Shown one piece after another: positions 55,095 through 64,000 of a stretch of DNA of 64,000 nt. A model generated the notes under the pieces. The model saw only the letters and a program-made list of their open reading frames with translations. It was not told where the DNA came from and ran no database searches. Numbering within the stretch: the first letter of the stretch is position 1; every line of letters begins with the position of its first letter. The DNA lies in contig OZ024742.1 of assembly GCA_964016885.1 (NCBI GenBank), positions 110,856,001-110,920,000 on the forward strand, given 5' to 3'. Source of the stretch: Eledone cirrhosa. Lineage: Eukaryota. A program made the translations under genes and the position numbers.

Positions 55095-57180
55095 GCAAAC
55101 AGAAATAACAAAGCAAACGACTCAGGAAAATTAATAAATATATGATATATTATAGTAAAAGTGTCTTAACATTTCGGACTCTAATCCTTCATCAGAAAAT
55201 AGAAAGAGAAATTAAAGTAGAAATAGAAAGATAGAGGTGAGTGGGCAGTGATAAAAACGAAAATAAAAAATTCTTAGAGAAAAGGTACCTCTATTCAAGT
55301 CCCAATCTCATGGAAAACTGCTGATTCTGGTATTGCTGTAAAAGTAGATCTTGTTTTTAAAGGGTAATGATTGAACGCATCTAGCTGAAAAAGAAAAAAA
55401 TCGTTTGTATATAGAGCGTGAGCATGTGTTTCTATTTCTTTTTACTTGTCCGTATGAAGCTACGAGGTTATGTGTGGGTAAATAAGTGTATGACGGTCTA
55501 TGTGAGTGTTAGTTATTGGTCATTACAGAGCTGTTAGAGCAAGTGTGCGTGTTGTTGAGGGTGAATGTGCGCGCGCATGTATGAGAACCGACGAGGTAGG
55601 GGTGAAAGTGATTAAGGGCATAGAGTTAAGCGTGAACGTATGTGTGCAAGATTAAAGAAATTGGAGAGGGAAGTTGAGCCCATACGGGAAACTGGACCCA
55701 CGATGGAAAATCAGAATCTGCTCTGTCCTGGTGTGTGAGTCTAGCGATCCGTGATATAAAATGACACCAAGGACTGAGACATGTAGGGAAGAGTGGCCTG
55801 GGAACCGAAATGACGTGCGACGGAAATAACCATGACGAGTCGATATGTTATTCAACTGTTCTGCGAAACGGTCTGCGAGGCGACGGCCTATTTGCCCGAT
55901 GTATCTTGACCCGCAAAGGGAATACCTGAGAGCATAGACAACGTGGGTGGATATGCAGGTGAAGGAATGACGGATACAAAAAGAACTATTAGTGCCCGTG
56001 AAAGTGGTGAGATTAGAAATGAAGGGACAGGTGTTACAGCGGGAACGAGAACAAAGACGGGAGCCAGGGGAATAATAGGAGAGGAAGACAAAGAAACTGC
56101 GTACCAGGAGGTCACGGTGTTGGGTGGAGCTGGAAAGAAGCGAGAAGTGACGTAGTCAGAAGGCAGGGTGCGGAAGCAATGGAGGATATGTCGTTCGGAT
56201 TGGTAGGATAGTAGGGTGGAAAGTGACGGGAAATGGACGGCAGATGGTTTTCGTGGGGTGGGTGGGTGAGAGGGCTGTGTCGGTCGGTTTCTCAGGAGCG
56301 AGTAAGGGCACCTTGGATCAGGGTGGAAAGGATATCCACGCTGGATTAATCCGGAGGCCATACGTTATGATTTGGTCTCGAAATAGTGGTCCTAACTACG
56401 GAGCCAACGGAGACGGAGGAATTGGAAGTAGAGTAAGGAGAGCTTGGTGTCGGTGGGATGGGAGAAGGTGAAGTCGAGGTAGGATGCGAATCACTCGGCT
56501 TATAGAAGAGGGAATTAGAGAGTGTGATGAGTGTGGTCGATAGAGAGAGATAGATGTCGAGAAATTAGACTGAAGAGTTGGTGACGTAGTGAAGGTGAGT
56601 GTAAGATGGAAAGACTGGACAAAAGAAAGGAGTCAAGCTGTTAACGGGAGAGAGAGAGTGGTGGCGCCGATACAATCGTCGATGTAATGACCCTTTAGAT
56701 CAGGAGTTGGACCAATGAATTGAGAGAAGATCGACACCACCTCAACGTAGCCAACGAACAAGTTGGCGAAATTCGAGTCCATTCTAGTACCTGTGGCTAC
56801 CCAGAGACCTGTTGCTAAAACTCTCCGTAAAGGAAAAACAAAACAACAAAACATTTAGATTGAGAACGAGCCCAGCAAGGCGGAGAAGAGTAGACGTGTA
56901 GGGAGTAAGTCTTAAAAATGTCGGAGAGCGTGGAGGCCGTCATCGTGAGGGATGATGGTATAGAGAGTGTTGATGCCCATGGTAGAGAGAAGTTTAGAGT
57001 GGGTAGAAGAAGCTAAGGAGAGTGAGTTAAACAAAGAGAATGATTAGTGTCGTGGATGTGGGCGAGGATGTGGTTACTAGGGAGCCGAGGTGGGTGTCAA
57101 TGTATTGGGAGATTATTTCGGTAGGGCAGTTACAAGCGGAGACGATAGGGTGGCCGGCATTATCGGGTTTATGTATCATC
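55095..57180 (-). mobile_element. Decayed PLE of a non-Naiad (Penelope/Neptune-like) lineage
   Basis: IHKPDNAGHPIVSACNCPTE, TMGINTLYTIIPHDDGL, TGTRMDSNFANLFV, YIDD, YIGQIGRRLADRFAEQ and EQILIF..PYGLN, with many frameshifts. Confidence 0.85.
55163..55199 (-). ncRNA. Minimal hammerhead at the 3' end of the decayed PLE
   Basis: Minus strand TTTT CTGATGA A GGA-TTAGAG-TCC GAAA TGTTA AGA. Confidence 0.6.
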
Positions 57181-58499
57181 TGAGGGTGTGTCAGTATTTG
57201 ATTCGGTGCGTGTTACGTATGTTTGTCTTTCTGTATATGTGTACTTGTACAGTTGAAATGTGAGTAATTTTTAATAAAAATAGAACTAGGTAACGAACTA
57301 TAACGGCTGTCCATATGCGTTCAGGGAAAACCATCGCTGACTCAAAAGAGTCCTGTTAAGTTCACCAGACTCAAACATGTCTTGATATACATTCCGAACA
57401 AAGCTGCATATGTGCACACCGGTATGGAGAAGTGTAGCTATACGGATATAGATATAATAATGCTTTTTATGTAATACAAGTTAGACGAGAGAATTGCACG
57501 AGCGATGGGTGACTACTTGCTCTCGATATAGTTCTTAAGCATAGGAGACAATTAATTTAAGCCATCTATCGTTAAATATTTTTACAGTACTGAGAGGAAT
57601 GATTTTATCAAACACATATTCATCCACAACACGTAATTCTAACGCAATTTCTCCAATACAAATATCATTTGAGTTAGAATTTAGTTTCACATTCGACATG
57701 ACATTTTATATTTCCATATATTGTCATGTGATTTGTAATTAATGCAGAATTGAAATATCTATATTTATTAAATAATCAGAAGCTATATTGTTCATTTTAA
57801 GAAAATAACTTATCAATATTTTCAGTTCAGTTTAATGCTTCGATAACGTAATTCAGCACGTTATAGAACATCTGAATTAATTTCCTTTTTTCTTTCACCT
57901 TTTCCAAACTAAGAGAATCTCCAATTCTCAGAAATACGTGAAAGCGTTGCTTGCTATTCATTCAATACAAATAAACGTATAGGAAATAATAACGGAACAG
58001 TTCAGTTCTATGATCTAGTAACGAAAATCGGAATATTGCATGAATACAAAGTGTTAATAATTGCAAATCGTGTGTGCAGTTAGAGATTCATCCTTAATTA
58101 TCGACTGCTGGAGGCTCAAAGCCGTTAATGAGAATTCCGATTTGCGTATAAAAGATTTTTTGTTCAGTTTATGATTAATGTAACTATTGGTCGTGATAAA
58201 ATCAGATTTTAACTGGATCATAGGCTTGTGGATAATTAGATGAACGATTTCTGGTTCAGTAGAGAAAATATCAAACTTTGACCTTCAGCCATGGATGATG
58301 CATTCATCTGTTTAGTGGCGATAACCGTACAGCTACTTTGACATTTGATTCTAATACTGATATTATGGGTAATTGAGAAGCAATCGACTGCATATTCCTG
58401 TGTCACATTATTGCTTCACTAGGCGCGAATGGCTTAATATATCAATAGATAAATTAATGTTAACTTAACGCTATGCTAAATATTCATGTAATGTACTAT

Positions 58500-59250
58500 A
58501 ATCAAGCAGAAAGCCTATGAGTTTAGCAACCAACCGCTCAAGAGCATCCAGCAGACCTCCAAGAAAGTATTGGAAAGATCTTTGAACGTTTGAACAAAAT
58601 TGAAAAATCGAAGAAGCTTGAAAAGGTGATGTCATAAGAATTGGATAAAAACAGAAAAATAACTTTATAAAGTTTGCTCTTTGCTTCTTTTGCGCAACAA
58701 ACAGGATCCATCTGTTAAAGTATTGTGATCACATGCAATAACCGCCAAAGTTCAGCACTGGTTGGACTGCGACGAAGATCCTAATCACTTTCAAAAGCCG
58801 ATGCTGCAGCTAAACTTTATGACTCCTTGCGAAGGAAACACACCAGACTAGTAGTATCCTCATGAAATCAATGAAATTCACAAACAGCTCCAGTCTATGT
58901 ATCCCGCATTGGTAAATAGAAAGGATCCAATAACACATTGCTCGATCACACATCTCACAACCAACGCCCAAGAAGTGGAATAAATTGGGCTATGAAACTC
59001 TGCTTGATTCAGCTTACCCAACAGATCATTTAACAAACGCTTCCACTTCTTCATGCATTTCCGCATCTCACAAGGAAAAAATCTTCAACAAATGCAAGAA
59101 ATGCTTTAAAAGAATTTATCGCCTGCATAACTTCAGAATGCTACACCCCAGAATAATTAAATCTGTATCTTGCTGGCACATTCATTTAAGAAATAAAGAT
59201 AATATTAAGGATTGATTTAGGCCATTTTACATTTAATATTTAAACAACTG
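58500..59250 (+). mobile_element. Highly decayed mariner transposase remnant
   Basis: Fragments resembling KKL..WVPHEL, CSLLLLRNKQDP and LGYETL..AYPTDL. Confidence 0.55.
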
Positions 59251-59488
59251 CAGGAATTTGAACAACCAGATATTAAGAATGCCGGGATATCCATCGTAAG
59301 ATCGTGATACGTATTGTTGTGCAGGGTGAGGCTTTGGGTATTTGATCAAGAAAATATATTTTATCATGCGGGTTCTATATTCTATCAGCACTTTCTTTTC
59401 CCTTGGAAAATATCAGTTTCGTGTAGAGGCAAACCCATGGACATTTATGACCAAAGGAATCAGCTTTTTCTTCCGATTCCTGTATATG

Positions 59489-59580
<92 letters not shown>

Positions 59581-59875
59581 TATATATCCAGGGAGTGTAA
59601 CGTGGAGTTACTGTAGGTTCACGCGGGTGAGCACTCAATGTTTAGGTTCACTTCTGTGTCGAGGTGTGGAGCTAGACAGAGTGTATTATAATAAAATAAA
59701 ACAAGGACGAGTGGTTACTCCTTCATTACTCTTATTGGTTGGTGACGCGCGTTTTGACACTGATCAGCTCAAGGTTCAATCTGCATCGATCTAGCCCGAC
59801 TCTGTAATCCACGGCTCGTCAGATCCCTTTTAATGGTAATGAAAAAAAAAATATATATATATGTGTGTGTGTGAG

Positions 59876-60070
59876 AGGTCGCTCTCAAGTGCTGTTGGTA
59901 ACATGTATCCCAGTACAACCTGTCTCATGGTCGTATCGTCGGCGACTAAATTGGAAACCCCACCAAGCTTGCTTGGTGAGGAGGGTGATATTTGGACATC
60001 CTGCAGGATGAAATACAAGATCCGGCGAAGGGCGGAGGAACTCAGTAGAGTCAACAGCCATCCAAATAGT
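59876..60070 (+). mobile_element. RTE-like 5' fragment
   Basis: Homologous to the reverse complement of 39365-39527. Confidence 0.5.
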
Positions 60071-60579
60071 ACTTTTTCTTTTCACCTGGGAGTGAAAGGC
60101 CCCCAGTTGTTATCACAAAACGTGCGTTTTCGGAAGCATACGACGATGTTGACCAGTTCTCCTTTTCAAGTTGTGTTTTTGATGGTCAGAGTGTGGGATT
60201 GGTCGAGTGCAAAGCCTTTACCCATTTAAAAAAACTTCAAAGCACAGGTATTTCTTGTTCAGATTATCTTACAGGGTCGTGCCTAAAAGTGCACCATTTT
60301 CTGTAATCTGACAAGCGATTGCAATACTCATAGCAGAGTTTGCAGCCATATATATATATATATATATTCACATACATATATATATATATACTAGCGGAGC
60401 TACCCGGCTTCGCTCGGTGTTAAAAAGCTTATTTAGAAAACAATAATATTAAAATTTTAATCGTTATTTAAACACTCCTCTAATTTAGTTTCTATTTTTT
60501 AGATCTTAATATTTATCTTTAAATGATTGAATGACTGATGAATTTAAAGAAAACTCGTTATAAGAACATTTAATTTATT

Positions 60580-62460
60580 TTACTGAAGTGCTTTTGGATA
60601 CACAATGTTTTTTGTTTTTCCTTCTGGTGCGTACACAAATAAATCAGAAGGTTTACCGACGCGTGAGCAAGCCACACACAGCTGTCCATGTGAGAAGCAT
60701 GGATTTTCTAAATTTAGTCCACACACTTGTAGCGATTGTCCTTGTGCTTTGTTGATAGTCATTGCAAAGGCGAGTCGCACCGGAAACTGCAAACGTTTGA
60801 ATTCGAATGGCGTATCTGTCGGAATCATTGGGATGCGTGGCAACAGTACACCTTCTGCTTTTAATTTTCCATTTAAAATTGTAGCTTCGATGATATTGTT
60901 CATCATCTTTTTCACTGAAAGCCTGGTACCGTTGCAAAGTTGTGGTGGATTGATGTTTCGGAGAAGGATGATAGGCACGCCAATTTTCAATGTTAAAATG
61001 TGCGGTGGCATGCCTGGCAAATCAAGTGAATTCAAGAATTCAGTTGGATAATTGATAATTTCGTCTTGATTCATTACAGTATCGATGGACTTATACGTTG
61101 TCGCTTCGCCTGGTATTTTGTTTTGAATGCTGAAATAAATGGCATTGACATCGTCGTTTTTGGCTGCTCATATAGCACGTGCATTGAGCCACTGATGATT
61201 TTTGTAATGCTGCGCGATATTTGGGAAAACTTTGTGAATCAGTTCGTCTCTGGTTGCCGTGATTCTACAGAAGTTTGTTGGCAATGTCATACATTTTGTG
61301 GATTCATCGATTACCATTTTCCCATTCCCAATATCCAGCAATTGTTTTGTGAAACGTTCAGCGGATGCATCATTTTGTAGTTGTACACGCATATTGGTTT
61401 TTAAAGTTAATTTCTGTATGTGTCGCCATAAAACTGATGATTTGAGACATGCATTAAGCTCATCAGCGGGTGTTGATCGCGGTATAACTGGTAGAGTTTG
61501 TCGAAAATCACCAGACAATAAAATGAGTGTGCCACCGAAGAGCTGTTCATTTCCTTTCAAATATTTTAGTGTGTTATTAAGCGCTTCCAATGATTTTTTG
61601 TGCGCCATAGTACATTCGTCCCATATAATGATTTAACATGATTGGAGTACTTTACCTATACCAGAACTTTTGGTGATATTGCATGTTGGTGTCTCAGTGA
61701 TTTGCATATTCAATGGCAATTTCAGTGCTGAATGTGCAGTTCGGCTACCATCCAAAAGAGTTGCCGCAATTCCAGATGATGCGATTGCCAGTGCAATATT
61801 ATTTTGTGATCGTATAGTTGCCAAAATATGTGAAATGAGAAATGTTTTGCCTGTACCACCGGGCGCATCTATAAAATACAATCCGCCGCTTTGATTTGTA
61901 ATTGCCTGCATAATTTTGTCATATACTATGCGTTGTTCTGGTACCAATTTCAGAAGATTCGTTTGAACAAATGTACCCAATTCGGCGACATCAAAGTTTG
62001 TTTCTCGTTGCAAATCACGATCGAAAATGTCGTTTACAGATCGATTCGGCGCAGGTATTCCCAATTGTACCAGTGTTTTGTTAGCGATTGCTAAACATAT
62101 GACCTCAATCGAAACCAATGCTTCATTATACACGATTGGTGTGAATTGAATATTCAGATTTTGATTTGTTGCACGCAAACGATGTAGGATGTCTTCACTC
62201 ATGTAGTCTTTGTATTTTTCCCAAAGATCTTTTGGATTTGATGGGAAGCACGTTGTCAATATTATTGCGAATAACGTGCGTATTTGCTGTGGTCGAGCAG
62301 TATTCGATGCATCAGCGAGTGAAGTGTCCCAATGTCCATCATTTTCAAGAAGATTTAATTTTTGGCAAGCTTCACGATAAGTGGCACATACTTGACCGTT
62401 TACTGTTCTCAATTCTTGGAATGATGTCGGTCCACGTACGTTGATTAACAATAATCGCAA
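60580..62460 (-). pseudogene. Helitron PIF1-family helicase region, with in-frame stops at about 61633 and 61168 and a frameshift near 62490
   Basis: DAPGGTGKT, ASSGIAATLL, IWDECTM, GDFRQTLPV, LCNGTRL and AMTINKAQGQS motifs. Confidence 0.92.
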
Positions 62461-62476
62461 GTAAAAGCATTCTGCA

Positions 62477-63995
62477 TTATTTGGGTGAACAGTACAAACG
62501 GCCTAACGCGTCGGTCGAATATAAATTGGAATGTCCTTCAACTACTTTACCCTGTTTGCGACGTTTAAACTTTTTCGTTGATGTATTCCATGTGTAATAT
62601 GTTGGCACTTCAGAATAAAGTAGTGTCTTTGCAAACACATCTTCACTGCACAATGAGAAAAATTCAGTTAACGTTGTTGGCGGTGGTGTCAATGCCCTTG
62701 CACGTATATTTTCAGTTGTGAAGTATACGCGCTGTCCATTTTCAAGGTGCACCGCCAAATGAACAACTGTTGGATGTTGATAATGGATTGGAAATGAGAA
62801 AATGCGCCGTACTGCTTCATTACTACTAATGTAGCGTACCAGTTGGTATTGGTCGATTTCATCGATAGATGCATTTGCATTGCACACTCCAAAAACTGCC
62901 ATATCGCTTCCTTTGTTGATATATTTGCAAATGTACTTGATCGCTTTCACCGAATTGCAATACTCGACATTGATGTGTGCTTTGAACGTCTTTGAGAGTA
63001 ACGGTAAATATGGTACAACCCAACGATTATCGACTTCAACATAATTGTTTCGTACTTTTAAAGTGATGGATTTGCCGCCATCATCAGTTGCTCGTCGACG
63101 ATAGAGTGGATATCCGTCATTGCCAGTGATAGTCTCGGCAACTAAGTCTCTTGGGTATTGTTTCGTGCATTTCCCATCAGACATGCATGGTGAATTGTTG
63201 TTGAGTAAGCTACATGGACCATGAATCATGTTTTTAGTGACGACTTCAAATAAGTCTGGATCAACGTCGACATCTGGTATTTCTGCAGAGATGATTTGAT
63301 CAATTTGATCTGGTCTGACTTTTTCAATTAACCAAATCAAAATGTGTGCATGTGCCAATCCTCTTTTTTGCCATTCAATGGAAAACATCCAACAGCGTGT
63401 CTCTCCAAAAACATGATGCTTGACAATTAAATCCGTTAAAGATTTCAATTTTTGTTTGAACACACGCGCTGTAATATCATGACGATCCGAAGACGATTGA
63501 CCAGGTAACAAAAGTTCTTTAATTTCATCCCACGTAGGATTGCATGTGAATGTAATAAAAATATTTGGATGGCCATATGCGCGAACATATGTCATTGCAT
63601 CTTGTGCGTATTCATGCATGTGCCGTGGGCTCCCTGTAAATGTAGCGGGCAGTATGACCATTTTTCCCCAATTAATTAGGATTCATATTGCCATCATTAA
63701 CAATGGCATAACGTAAATGAATGTACTCTTCTGAACGTAGTTTGGTTTGATTCAATCGAATGTAGAGGAGTCGTTCAGTTTCGATTTTTGCATACATATC
63801 GACAATGTATTGATGGAACAATTGTCGACATTTCAAAATATGATTTTCACCGTTTTCACGAATCATTAATCTATATGAATAATAATTCATGGCACTGACT
63901 TTCTTATTCGTTTCCTCATCTGTTTGTGGATTTCTCAGTTTGATGTTGAAATGATATCCATCTTCTCCTTGCCAAAATAAAATCGGATATTGCAA
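62477..63995 (-). pseudogene. Helitron Rep (HUH endonuclease) region, interrupted by a stop and frameshift near 63665
   Basis: FITFTCNPTW, EWQKRGLAHAHIL, MIHGPC, DNRWVVPY and KYICKYINKG motifs. Confidence 0.92.
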
Positions 63996-64000
63996 ACCAT

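Larger units (their letters stand above)
60391..64000 (-). mobile_element. Helitron (autonomous-type, disrupted), extending beyond the window
   Basis: Rep and PIF1 helicase ORF pieces. 3' terminus hairpin CCGAGCGAAGCCGG then CTAG at 60391-60394, next to (TA)n. Confidence 0.95.

Overview
AT-rich animal genomic DNA saturated with (TA)n, (CA)n, (TATG)n and (TATC)n microsatellites. The SINE content and repeat landscape suggest an octopus or other cephalopod (inference). I found no supportable host gene, and nearly all short ORFs in the track are microsatellite translations. The window is a transposon landscape: a near-intact but 5'-truncated Penelope-like element (PLE; RT plus C-terminal GIY-YIG, Naiad-type) at about 14.8-18.1 kb, several decayed PLEs, a disrupted Helitron Rep/helicase at 60.4-64 kb, a non-autonomous Helitron, mariner/Tc1 relics, Tx1/L1, RLE-type and RTE-like LINE fragments, and tRNA-derived SINEs. 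The main hidden signal is non-coding. About 20 type I hammerhead ribozyme (HHR) motifs, intact or degenerate, from roughly a dozen sequence families were folded by eye. They include U3:A8 compensatory cores and a U4C core. They sit in 310-475 nt retrozyme-like tandem repeats and in PLE 3' ends. Most insertions lie in (TA)n with the same head-to-head (5'-inverted) architecture. One solo insertion starts within about 2 nt of the predicted HHR cleavage site of the Naiad element. No cleavage activity or expression is demonstrated here.
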